42,351 bases of DNA, taken from the sequence record NC_025430.1; one strand, given 5' to 3'. This DNA comes from Escherichia phage vB_EcoM-ep3. Positions 1 through 7,648 of this stretch are shown here, piece by piece (positions within the stretch are counted from its first letter, which is position 1; every line of letters begins with the position of its first letter). The position numbers were made by a program, and so were the translations under genes. The notes below the pieces were generated by a model, which was not told the origin of the DNA, made no database searches, and saw only the letters and a list, made by a program, of their open reading frames with translations.

Positions 1-27
1 AAAAAAAAACCCCGCCATAACGGCGGG
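1..27 (-). terminator. Rho-independent terminator ending the leftward early operon (downstream of ssb)
   Basis: Minus strand reads CCCGCC-GTTAT-GGCGGG (plus 11-27), followed by nine T (plus A1-A9). It lies 24 nt after the ssb stop. Confidence 0.8.
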
Positions 28-51
28 TTGATTACTTAGAATGATTTGGAA

Positions 52-537
52 TTAAAACGGGATGTCATCGTCAAAATCCATCGGCGGTTCGTTCGCTGGT
101 GGTTTCTGTTGGCCGCTGTGGGTTGGCTGCTGCGGCTTACCCCATCCGCCTTGCTGGCCGCCCTGGCTTTGCCCACCGGCCTGGTTATCGTTGGCCGCTG
201 ACAGCATCAACAACCGGCCATTCATGCCCACCACGATTTCAGTTGTGTAGCGATCAACGCCAGCCTGGTCCTGCCACTTGCGCGTTTGCAGCGCGCCTTC
301 AATGAACACCTTGCTGCCTTTGCGCAGGTACTGGCTGGCGATTTCTGCCAGCTTTCCGAAGATGACCACGCGGTGCCATTCCGTTTTTTCTTTCTTCTCC
401 CCTGTCTGCTTATCCTTCCAGGTTTCAGACGTGGCAATTGATAACTGCGCCACGCCGTTGCCGTTCGGCAGCGTGCGGAATTCTGGATCGTTGCCTAAGT
501 TGCCAATGATTTCTACTTTGTTCAGTGAACCGGCCAT
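52..537 (-). CDS. ssb: Single-stranded DNA-binding protein
   Basis: 161 aa. OB-fold N-terminal half ([12 protein letters not shown]...[14 protein letters not shown]), Gly/Gln-rich linker and canonical acidic tip DDDIPF. Confidence 0.95.
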   Translation of the reverse strand: MAGSLNKVEIIGNLGNDPEFRTLPNGNGVAQLSIATSETWKDKQTGEKKEKTEWHRVVIFGKLAEIASQYLRKGSKVFIEGALQTRKWQDQAGVDRYTTEIVVGMNGRLLMLSAANDNQAGGQSQGGQQGGWGKPQQPTHSGQQKPPANEPPMDFDDDIPF

Positions 538-545
538 AATTGCCC

Positions 546-755
546 CTATTTACGTTTTAAGTGTGCGGCGTGGTCGTTGGCACAATCCGCATCGCAATAA
601 ATTTTCTTGCTGCCTTCCGGGAAATCTTCACCACAGTTCAGGCAGTAACCACGCGCAACAGCTTTAACCGCTGGTGCCTTCTGGAGATGCGCGGCAATCA
701 TCGCCGCGCGTTCCTGTTCTTCACGCTCGCAAGCGCGGTCAATATCATCAGCCAT
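546..755 (-). CDS. Small four-Cys zinc-ribbon protein (TraR/DksA-like)
   Basis: 69 aa with a CLNCG...CDADC pattern. It overlaps the upstream gene by 8 nt, consistent with translational coupling. Confidence 0.5.
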   Translation of the reverse strand: MADDIDRACEREEQERAAMIAAHLQKAPAVKAVARGYCLNCGEDFPEGSKKIYCDADCANDHAAHLKRK

Positions 756-1143
756 GTTCTGCCACCGTGCATTTTGGATGGTGGAAGCCGTCCTGGTGCT
801 GGCACACAGGGCAGCAATCGCGCGGCTGTTCGTTGTCGTTACCAGCTACCGGATGGCGGCCACGTTCCAGCGCGATGACCGCGCCAGCCAGGTAGTTGAT
901 TGCGCCTAACAGTTCCGCCACATCGCGGCCCGCTGGAAGGCGCTGTGATTCCTGCGCTTTCTTCGCTGCCTGGCCGAGTGCGAACCCTGGCCCGTACAGG
1001 TCAATCAGTTTTTGCATGGGCTGCTGGTCAAACGGCTTGTTTACCGCGTGACGTTCGTGGCCTTTGCCACTGGCAGCCTGCGCAAATGCCCGGTCAAGTA
1101 CATCGCGCAGTGATTCATATCCGTTAGCGGGTGGTCGTGTCAT
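748..1143 (-). CDS. Hypothetical early protein
   Basis: 131 aa with a conserved-looking GKGHERH segment and a C-terminal CCPVC...H..C cluster. It is operon-packed with its neighbours. No function can be assigned from sequence alone. Confidence 0.6.
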   Translation of the reverse strand: MTRPPANGYESLRDVLDRAFAQAASGKGHERHAVNKPFDQQPMQKLIDLYGPGFALGQAAKKAQESQRLPAGRDVAELLGAINYLAGAVIALERGRHPVAGNDNEQPRDCCPVCQHQDGFHHPKCTVAEHG

Positions 1144-1351
1144 TGTCGTTTGCTCCGATCATGTGTTTTGCTTCATACGCTTCCACGCTGGTGATGGAGT
1201 AGCGAACGCGTGAGCCAAATTTTGTATAGGCTGGCCCTTTACCTTTGTTGCGCCAGTTCGCCAGGGTTCCGGTGGTAACTGCGCCATTCCAGCGCAGCAC
1301 CAGTTCCTGTGGCGTCAGATACGTGCTTTGTTTCTGTGCCGGTTGTGCCAT
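1124..1351 (-). CDS. Excisionase/AlpA-family helix-turn-helix DNA-binding protein
   Basis: 75 aa. YLTPQELVLRWNGAVTTGTLANWRNKGKGPAYTKFGSRVRY matches the excisionase-type HTH pattern (lt..El...tl..wr..g.gP...G.rvrY). Confidence 0.6.
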   Translation of the reverse strand: MAQPAQKQSTYLTPQELVLRWNGAVTTGTLANWRNKGKGPAYTKFGSRVRYSITSVEAYEAKHMIGANDNDTTTR

Positions 1352-1364
1352 TTTTTACCCTTTC

Positions 1365-2354
1365 TTACTGTGCGCCGGTGCCCATCACCTGGCTGTTTAA
1401 ATCATCAACGTCCTGCGCATCGCCGTTTGCGTTGGCGCGCTGTTCGTCATATGCGCGGGCGGCTTGCAACAATGATTGTTTGAATTCATCGCCCAGCTTT
1501 TTGCGAATTGCTGGTGGGGTTTTGTCCCAGCATTCCTGCGTGTACTGCTCACCCTGTTCGGTAACGCCGCGCAGCTTGTTGCGGTAGGCTTCCACCTTCG
1601 GATCTAACTTGTTGCCACCCTGAACCCACTGACGCAGCGCCAAACCGTCCTGTGCGCTGATGTAGCCAGTTTCACGTCCTAAGATGCCGCGCAATTCTTC
1701 CGGGCACTTCATGACCTGCTGCGCGCTGCCAGAATCCCACATCATCAGGCTGGCGGTCATTTCAAACATCACGTTCTTTTCCGTCACCGGCATGATGCCT
1801 TGCGGTTCATATTCCGTTTTACCGTTGACCTTCACCAGTTTCACTTTTTCACGTGCGCGGATGCAGCAGATGATGTGCATGTTGGATTGCAGCAACGCGT
1901 TCATGAATCGCTTGTGTTCAGCCTTCGCACGGTTCCACTGTGGCTTCATCGGGTTGGCCAGGGTGGCGATTTCTTCGCAGCCGCCTGTTCCTTCCCATTC
2001 GTGCGAAATGCTATCAATCACCAGCACTTCAACGCCTGCCTGTTCAAATTCGCGGATGGCGTCAATGTATCGCTGCGGGCTGAAAGGCGGTTCTAAATCG
2101 CCAATCCAAAACGCGTCCGGGCGTTCTTTCAGTCCAAGTGATTCCTGGATTTTTTCATAAGTGTCATCACTGGCATACAGTGAGCCACGGCGGTTTTCAG
2201 TATCGAGAAAGCCAACCTTTGTGCCGTCACCGTTAGCCAGGCCATATGCCAGCATAAGTGCTGACAGGGTTTTGCCGCTGCCGCTGATACCTGCCAGGCC
2301 GATTACCAGGCGCGCGCCTTCACGTTCTGCCTTACGAATATTAATTACTGCCAT
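1365..2354 (-). CDS. RecA-like AAA ATPase, Sak4-type recombination/annealing protein
   Basis: 329 aa. Walker A GISGSGKT and Walker B-like VLVIDSISHEW. It lies between a nuclease and SSB, as in phage recombination modules. Confidence 0.7.
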   Translation of the reverse strand: MAVINIRKAEREGARLVIGLAGISGSGKTLSALMLAYGLANGDGTKVGFLDTENRRGSLYASDDTYEKIQESLGLKERPDAFWIGDLEPPFSPQRYIDAIREFEQAGVEVLVIDSISHEWEGTGGCEEIATLANPMKPQWNRAKAEHKRFMNALLQSNMHIICCIRAREKVKLVKVNGKTEYEPQGIMPVTEKNVMFEMTASLMMWDSGSAQQVMKCPEELRGILGRETGYISAQDGLALRQWVQGGNKLDPKVEAYRNKLRGVTEQGEQYTQECWDKTPPAIRKKLGDEFKQSLLQAARAYDEQRANANGDAQDVDDLNSQVMGTGAQ

Positions 2355-2381
2355 TGTTTTTAGTCTCTTAGGTGATGAAAA

Positions 2382-3524
2382 TTAAGCCGCACCAACCAGG
2401 TGGGCGTTTTTGTTGGCGTGCCACGCTGGCAGGCTGATGGTCTGGATTTTATCGCCGTATCCAGGCCAAACACCTGTGCGCACGCATTCAGCGTAGACAC
2501 GCAAATCATGCTGGTATTGTGCGCGGCCAATTTCTACGCCTTCGCTATCCAGTACATAAACACCAACTGCGTAAGGCGGTTTTTTCTCAACGGCGATAAA
2601 CGCAAAGTGTTTAGGATAACCACGCCAGAAATCAGGGCGGCAGCGGCACAGAACACCGGTCACCGGATCAGTCCAGTAAACTGATAATTCTGCTTTGCCT
2701 TCGTGCGGAGGCGTGCACTTGCCCTGTTCCAGAGCCAGACGCGTGCCGTCCATGTAGTATGCGTGTTGCACGTCATAGCGCCAGTTGGCGATTGATTTTG
2801 CGAACCCTTCCGGGCTGGCATCTTCGGTGGTTTTCAAGTCACCAATGATGTCTTTGACGTGGTGCAGGATAGCGAACGCTGCCGGATGATTCATTACCGC
2901 GTCACGCATGGCAAAAATTTGTTCAAACGCTTCCGGTGATAGCACTTTGCGTTCGCTGTTATTGCGCTGCCATTCTTCCAGCACATCTGACCACAGTGTG
3001 ACTTCAACGCCGTTGGCGCGCAGCAGGTTGGCCAGCTCATGACGGCTGCCGCTGGTGGATAGTTTGCCAGGACGGTCAATATTCAACTGGTTGATGATTT
3101 CTTTCAGGTCTGGCGCTTTCATCGCGTTAAGCTGTTCAGTAGTCCAGGTTTCAACAGGCTGGTTTTCCAGGATGCGTTCAACCAGTTCGCCTTTGTTGCC
3201 ACCAGTCAGCAGCTTAGGCAGGCGGCCTTCGTTCAGCTTGTTGACCATTTCCACCAGCACTTCACGGTCATCAATAGCATCAGGCACATCAGGACGGCGC
3301 AGCGCCAGGCAATAGGTTTTTGCGAATTCTTCCGGTTCAAGAATTGCCATATGCACAGCCGTGCCGATTTCCTGCGCTGGTGTTGGCGTGCGGTCATTAG
3401 CAGCAGTCACAACAGCGTTGTAGTGCATCGGGCTGCGGTGCACCAAATCCAGGCCAGATTTACTGATGCCTGGTCCGCCGTGGTATTCAGCGTTGGGAAT
3501 ACCTTCGTAAACTCCTGGTTTCAT
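2382..3524 (-). CDS. PD-(D/E)XK (Cas4/RecB-like) exonuclease
   Basis: Motifs IIGDLKTTED and QHAYY, with N-terminus MKPGVYEGIPNAEYHG. The start is placed at ATG 3524, 7 nt after a GAGG RBS. The ORF-track start at 3539 lacks an RBS. Confidence 0.7.
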   Translation of the reverse strand: MKPGVYEGIPNAEYHGGPGISKSGLDLVHRSPMHYNAVVTAANDRTPTPAQEIGTAVHMAILEPEEFAKTYCLALRRPDVPDAIDDREVLVEMVNKLNEGRLPKLLTGGNKGELVERILENQPVETWTTEQLNAMKAPDLKEIINQLNIDRPGKLSTSGSRHELANLLRANGVEVTLWSDVLEEWQRNNSERKVLSPEAFEQIFAMRDAVMNHPAAFAILHHVKDIIGDLKTTEDASPEGFAKSIANWRYDVQHAYYMDGTRLALEQGKCTPPHEGKAELSVYWTDPVTGVLCRCRPDFWRGYPKHFAFIAVEKKPPYAVGVYVLDSEGVEIGRAQYQHDLRVYAECVRTGVWPGYGDKIQTISLPAWHANKNAHLVGAA

Positions 3525-3575
3525 TATGTTACCTCGCAATTATTATTTAACATGAATTCGGATTAACTGCGGTGA

Positions 3576-3605
3576 ATTATGGCTGACGTGTTGTTATACT
3601 GTCAA
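3576..3605 (-). promoter_or_regulatory. Candidate leftward early promoter
   Basis: Minus strand TTGACA (3605-3600), 18-nt spacer, CATAAT (3581-3576). It lies about 50 nt upstream of the exonuclease start. Confidence 0.55.
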
Positions 3606-3703
3606 CTTATTTGTAACTAACATTGTTTAGATCAGCGTCACGCTCGCTAATCAACAAACCTTAGCTGTACATCAGCTATGCGTTTTTTGCACATCGCGGC
3701 TTG

Positions 3704-3715
3704 ATTGACGTCAAT
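3704..3715. promoter_or_regulatory. Perfect 12-bp palindrome ATTGACGTCAAT (possible operator)
   Basis: Self-complementary 12-mer 16 nt upstream of the -35 of the rightward promoter, in the divergent control region. Confidence 0.3.
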
Positions 3716-3730
3716 GAACATTACTACTGG

Positions 3731-3760
3731 TTGCAACGTCGCCATGTAGTAACATACAAT
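3731..3760 (+). promoter_or_regulatory. Candidate rightward early promoter
   Basis: TTGCAA (3731-3736), 18-nt spacer, TACAAT (3755-3760). It lies 38 nt upstream of the helicase ATG. Confidence 0.55.
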
Positions 3761-3797
3761 TGCGAATACTTTAAATGATGGCGAATGAACGATAATT

Positions 3798-5216
3798 ATG
3801 GGCGTAATACTTAGGGACTATCAATCCGACATTATCAATAAGGCGCGCCTTTCTATGCGGCGCAACCGCCGCGTGTTATTGCAGGCACCAACAGGCGCGG
3901 GCAAAACTGCGCTGGCGTCATACATGGCTGGGGAAACATCGGCCAAAGGCCAGCAGGTGTGGTTTATTTGCCACCGCGCTGAACTGGTATTACAGACCAG
4001 TTTGACATTCAGGAAGTTCGGCATTGACCACGGCTTTATTGCCGCAGGCTATCCCATGAACCTGCGCGCCGGGGTGCAGGTGTGCAGCATCGACACCCTG
4101 AAAAACCGCCTGCACACCCTGCCAGCTCCTAAGCTGGCCATCATGGACGAAGCGCACCACTGTGGCGCGGCTGGATGGGCGCGCGTCAACGCCTGGCTGT
4201 TCGAGAATGGCGCGTATGTAATCGGCCTGTCAGCCACGCCAAAGCGCCTGGACGGCACCGGCCTGGATGACCACTTTGATGACATCGTGTTGGGGCCATC
4301 GGTGCGCTGGCTGATGGATAACGGCCACCTGTCTGATTATCGCATGTTCTGCCCGGACATCCCTGACATGAAGGGTGTACGCAAACAGATGGGCGATTTC
4401 TCAAAAGGAGAAACCGCCGAGAAGATGGATAAGCCGAAACTAACCGGCAACATCATCAGCCACTGGCTGAAATACGCCAGGGGCATGAAAACGGTTGGCT
4501 TTGCGGTCAACATCGCGCACAGCCGCCACTTAACGCAGGCATTCATTGATTCAGGCATCCGCGCCGCGCACCTGGATGGCGGCACCGATAAGGCGGAACG
4601 CAAGCGCATCATTCAGGACTATGCCAACGACAACCTGGATGTGATTTTCAACGTGTCGCTGTTCGGTGAAGGTTTCGACCTGTCAGCTATCGCACAGACT
4701 GACGTGACGATTGACTGCCTGATTGACGCGCAGCCCACACAATCATTGTCGCTGGTTTTGCAGAAAGATGGCCGCGTGTTGCGACCGTCCAAAGGCAAAA
4801 CCGCCATCATCCTGGACCACGCAGGCAATGCGCTGCGTCATGGCTTCCCTGACGATGAACGGGAATGGTCACTGGCTGGCGATGATAGCGGCAGCAAATC
4901 CAGCAGTGCTGGTGGTCCACCGCCGCCAGTCATCTGCAAAGGCTGTTTCAACGCCATCCGCCGACCACTGCCGCCGAAGTGCCCGCACTGCCAGAAGGAA
5001 CTACAGGCCGAAGCCAAAGAAATTGAAGTGGCAGAAGGAGAACTGCGCGAAATGGACGAACGCGCCAAAGAAAGCCTGCGCGCCAAGATGAGGCGCGAGG
5101 AGGACGCTTGCAAGGATATTGGCGCACTTACTGCCCTGGCGATGAAACGCGGGCTGCCGAACCCATCAGGGTGGGCCATAGCGAAGATGGGTGGAAGAAG
5201 ATTTAAGCGCAAATAG
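3798..5216 (+). CDS. Superfamily-2 DEAD/DEAH-box DNA helicase with C-terminal zinc ribbon
   Basis: 472 aa. Motif I APTGAGKT, motif II MDEAHH, motif III SATP, motif VI QKDGRVLR, and C-terminal CKGC...CPHC. Confidence 0.85.
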   Translation: MGVILRDYQSDIINKARLSMRRNRRVLLQAPTGAGKTALASYMAGETSAKGQQVWFICHRAELVLQTSLTFRKFGIDHGFIAAGYPMNLRAGVQVCSIDTLKNRLHTLPAPKLAIMDEAHHCGAAGWARVNAWLFENGAYVIGLSATPKRLDGTGLDDHFDDIVLGPSVRWLMDNGHLSDYRMFCPDIPDMKGVRKQMGDFSKGETAEKMDKPKLTGNIISHWLKYARGMKTVGFAVNIAHSRHLTQAFIDSGIRAAHLDGGTDKAERKRIIQDYANDNLDVIFNVSLFGEGFDLSAIAQTDVTIDCLIDAQPTQSLSLVLQKDGRVLRPSKGKTAIILDHAGNALRHGFPDDEREWSLAGDDSGSKSSSAGGPPPPVICKGCFNAIRRPLPPKCPHCQKELQAEAKEIEVAEGELREMDERAKESLRAKMRREEDACKDIGALTALAMKRGLPNPSGWAIAKMGGRRFKRK

Positions 5217-5227
5217 TAGAGTAATTA

Positions 5228-5272
5228 ATAGGTATAACCGATTGGCGATATTTACCAAAGGAAATGTATAGT
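5228..5272 (+). promoter_or_regulatory. Conserved upstream element, copy A (ATAGGTATAACCGATT ... ATTTAC ... AAATGTATAG)
   Basis: 15/16 identity over the first 16 nt to 10480-10495, with further shared blocks downstream. It is intergenic, just 5' of gene 5321-5989. Confidence 0.4.
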
Positions 5273-5320
5273 TATTTCACCGGCACACAGGTGCCCAACA
5301 ACAAAAGAGGAAACACCCAA

Positions 5321-5989
5321 ATGGCACGTTTAACCGCTGCAATCCGTGATGGCATCATTGCCAACGCAATCAAAACCAAAGACTTTGCAGGCCGTGACAT
5401 GGCTATTGTTCAGAAGCGCGCTGATTTTGCTGAACGTCTGCGCAAGTATGCGCTTGCACAATATGGCCTTACTGATGCGCGCCTTATTGAAATTAAAAAG
5501 CAGATTGAAGAACTGCAAAACGAAGTTAAGCACGAAGGAGCAAGGTTCGTTCGAATTACTTTTGACTCAACTAACCGTGCTTGGGATGTGAACCTGGCAG
5601 GACAGGCGCGCAGGCTTTATCTTGATGGTACTTGTTCAGGGGAAAGCGTAAAACCGCTTTATAGTGATTCACGCGTAGAATACAGCGACGATAAAATTAC
5701 TCCACATTTCCATGAATCTGATTTCACAGTGCGCGATCCTAAATGGCGCGAAGAACTGGACGCCATTGACCTGGAAGCGGCGCAACTGCGTGAAGAATAC
5801 AACACGCTTAAATCAACACTGGCAGCGACAATTTCAGGATTCACGACGGTGGAAAAACTTCTGGAAGCCTGGCCAGACGCGAAAGAACTGATTCCAGAAA
5901 CAACGCCGATTGCTAAACATCCAGGAACAGGCATTGCGCTGTCGGTAGCTGAACTTAACGCGCTGTGTGGAATTCCTACCGGAAAATAA
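5321..5989 (+). CDS. Hypothetical protein, possibly Nmad5-like (nucleotide-modification-associated)
   Basis: The start is moved to ATG 5321 (MARLTAAIRDGIIANAI...), behind an AGAGGA RBS. The N-terminal pattern M.LT..IRD.I recalls Nmad5-family proteins; this is from memory and unverified. Confidence 0.45.
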   Translation: MARLTAAIRDGIIANAIKTKDFAGRDMAIVQKRADFAERLRKYALAQYGLTDARLIEIKKQIEELQNEVKHEGARFVRITFDSTNRAWDVNLAGQARRLYLDGTCSGESVKPLYSDSRVEYSDDKITPHFHESDFTVRDPKWREELDAIDLEAAQLREEYNTLKSTLAATISGFTTVEKLLEAWPDAKELIPETTPIAKHPGTGIALSVAELNALCGIPTGK

Positions 5990-6032
5990 CAAACAATGCC
6001 CGGTGCGCCGGGCAGTTCTCACAGGTGACACC

Positions 6033-6425
6033 ATGAAAAAACTTATCATCGCCGCTTTCATCCTGGCGGCCACCAGCGTCACTGCACAGGCGCGCGAATG
6101 TCTGCCAGGCATGGACCCGGCAAAAGACAACTGCCAGGTGACGGAAGAACAGGAACCGGCACCACAGCCGGAATTACAGGACGTTGACCAGGTTTACTAC
6201 TGCCTGGAACTGCAAAAAATCGCCGTCAAAATCGCTGAACTGCGCGACAAAGGCGCAGGCGAACAGGGCGTGGTCACACTGCTGGCTAACAACAACCAGA
6301 ACCGCATCATTTGGGTGGCGCGCCAGGTGTTCTGGCCGCAATCGGCAAGCCTTCGTCCTGAACAAATCGGCCTGCGTGTGTGGATGCGCTGCAATTCTGG
6401 TGAATATCCGGGAGCCGTCAAATGA
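6033..6425 (+). CDS. Secreted (periplasmic) small protein
   Basis: The start is moved to ATG 6033. Signal peptide MKKLIIAAFILAATSVTAQA|RE with an AXA cleavage motif. The mature part has four Cys. Confidence 0.6.
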   Translation: MKKLIIAAFILAATSVTAQARECLPGMDPAKDNCQVTEEQEPAPQPELQDVDQVYYCLELQKIAVKIAELRDKGAGEQGVVTLLANNNQNRIIWVARQVFWPQSASLRPEQIGLRVWMRCNSGEYPGAVK

Positions 6426-6529
6426 AACTGTTCCTGCGTGGCGTCCTGGCGATGCTGCATGATGAATTATTCTGGCTGCTGGTGGTGCTGGCCGCCTGTG
6501 CTTACCTGGTGGGGGTTATCTATGGCTAA
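6422..6529 (+). CDS. 35-aa hydrophobic membrane peptide (below the ORF-track cutoff)
   Basis: MKLFLRGVLAMLHDELFWLLVVLAACAYLVGVIYG. Its ATG overlaps the upstream stop (ATGA) and its TAA overlaps the next ATG (ATGGCTAA). Confidence 0.5.
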   Translation: MKLFLRGVLAMLHDELFWLLVVLAACAYLVGVIYG

Positions 6530-6932
6530 CAAAGAACACGCGTTGCAGAACGCAATCCGCAACGCACTGGCGGGTCGCTGCCTGCTGTTTCGCGCCAACG
6601 TGGGCAAGGCGTACACCAGCAATGACGTGGTGAAGGTGCCGCGCCAGATGCCGGTTGTGATGGGGCCGCGTGACGTGCTGCTGAAAAACGCCAGGCCGTT
6701 TGACACCGGGCTGCCGCCAGGGTTTTCCGACCTGTTCGGCCTGGTCAGTGTAGAAATCACACCTGACATGGTGGGGCAGAAAGTGGCCATCTTCACCGGC
6801 CTGGAAGTCAAAGACGGTGCCCGCGTGTCACCATTGCAGCGAAACTTCATCAACGCGGTGAACGACAACGGGGGCCGCGCCGGTGTTGTGCGGTCAGTGG
6901 ATGACGCTGAAAAACTGGTGTTCGGAAAATGA
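6522..6932 (+). CDS. VRR-NUC domain nuclease (PD-(D/E)XK, resolvase-like)
   Basis: The start is moved to ATG 6522 (MANKEHALQNAIRNAL...). Motifs GFSDLFGL and GLEVK fit the VRR-NUC D...E.K signature. Confidence 0.65.
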   Translation: MANKEHALQNAIRNALAGRCLLFRANVGKAYTSNDVVKVPRQMPVVMGPRDVLLKNARPFDTGLPPGFSDLFGLVSVEITPDMVGQKVAIFTGLEVKDGARVSPLQRNFINAVNDNGGRAGVVRSVDDAEKLVFGK

Positions 6933-7135
6933 GCATAAAACACATAGCAGCCGACGCACTGCGCTACAGCGTCGAAACCGGACAATCAATGATGGAGCGG
7001 CTAAACCATGATGACAATAGAAAGCATTCGCAGACTGTTTGCAGAAGCACTGGTGACCAGGAACCACATCACGTTCCTGGCGGCCAAAACGGCAATGTGG
7101 AATCTGAACCGTTACGGCATGTTGACGGCGATTGA
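6929..7135 (+). CDS. Doubtful ORF (alternative to 7008-7172)
   Basis: It has an ATGA overlap with the VRR-NUC stop, and the first ~26 codons look coding. After ~7008 the third-position G+C drops (about 43% by hand count) and the product becomes low-complexity. Confidence 0.3.
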   Translation: MSIKHIAADALRYSVETGQSMMERLNHDDNRKHSQTVCRSTGDQEPHHVPGGQNGNVESEPLRHVDGD

Positions 7136-7172
7136 CGTGGAAAACCTGAAAAAAACGTGGGGTGTTGAATGA
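7008..7172 (+). CDS. Small hypothetical protein (54 aa, below the ORF-track cutoff)
   Basis: MMTIESIRRLFAEALVTRNHITFLAAKTAMWNLNRYGMLTAIDVENLKKTWGVE. It is CTG-rich with about 63% G+C at third positions (hand count). Its stop overlaps the next ATG (ATGA at 7169). Confidence 0.5.
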   Translation: MMTIESIRRLFAEALVTRNHITFLAAKTAMWNLNRYGMLTAIDVENLKKTWGVE

Positions 7173-7405
7173 ATATTTTCAAAGTAGCAATGCAGCGGCT
7201 GGTTGACGCCTGGAAGTTATCAGCCAGGGAAATCAGCCTGGGTTTTCAAATGGCGCTGGTGCGCGCTGGCTGGCGTCCAAAGGTGCGGTCAATGCAAGTG
7301 GTGCTGGACTATCCGAAGCCAGGGCCACGCCGTTCACGCTTCACCGGCATTGCAGCCATGCGCCGTGAAGCACGCCGCAAACGTAACCGGAGGCACGCAG
7401 CATGA
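7169..7405 (+). CDS. Hypothetical protein with a strongly basic C-terminus
   Basis: 78 aa with translationally coupled overlaps at both ends. The C-terminus is RREARRKRNRRHAA. Confidence 0.6.
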   Translation: MNIFKVAMQRLVDAWKLSAREISLGFQMALVRAGWRPKVRSMQVVLDYPKPGPRRSRFTGIAAMRREARRKRNRRHAA

Positions 7406-7626
7406 ACCCGGTAGACTTCATCAAAAAACAAGTCATGGCCGAACTGGTGAAGCAAGGCGCATCACCTGGCACAGCGCAGCACGCGGCTGACTACGCGGCG
7501 CAACAGTACCGCACCACGTCAGCCATCGGCAAAGACCCGTTCGCTGAACTGATACGCCTGGCAGGCGCAATGGCCATGAAGCACCAGGCCGGTTTCCGCT
7601 TCGTGATGCCGCGCGCATCAAAATGA
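7402..7626 (+). CDS. Hypothetical protein
   Basis: 74 aa. It has an ATGA overlap with the upstream gene and genome-typical codon usage. Confidence 0.6.
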   Translation: MNPVDFIKKQVMAELVKQGASPGTAQHAADYAAQQYRTTSAIGKDPFAELIRLAGAMAMKHQAGFRFVMPRASK

Positions 7627-7648
7627 CGTAAGATTATTTCAAAAGGTA

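Noticed and set aside
3597-3618. LexA/SOS-box-like TACTGT...
   Set aside because: TACTGTCAACTTATTTGTAAC has the CTGT half-site but no ACAG half-site at the required spacing.
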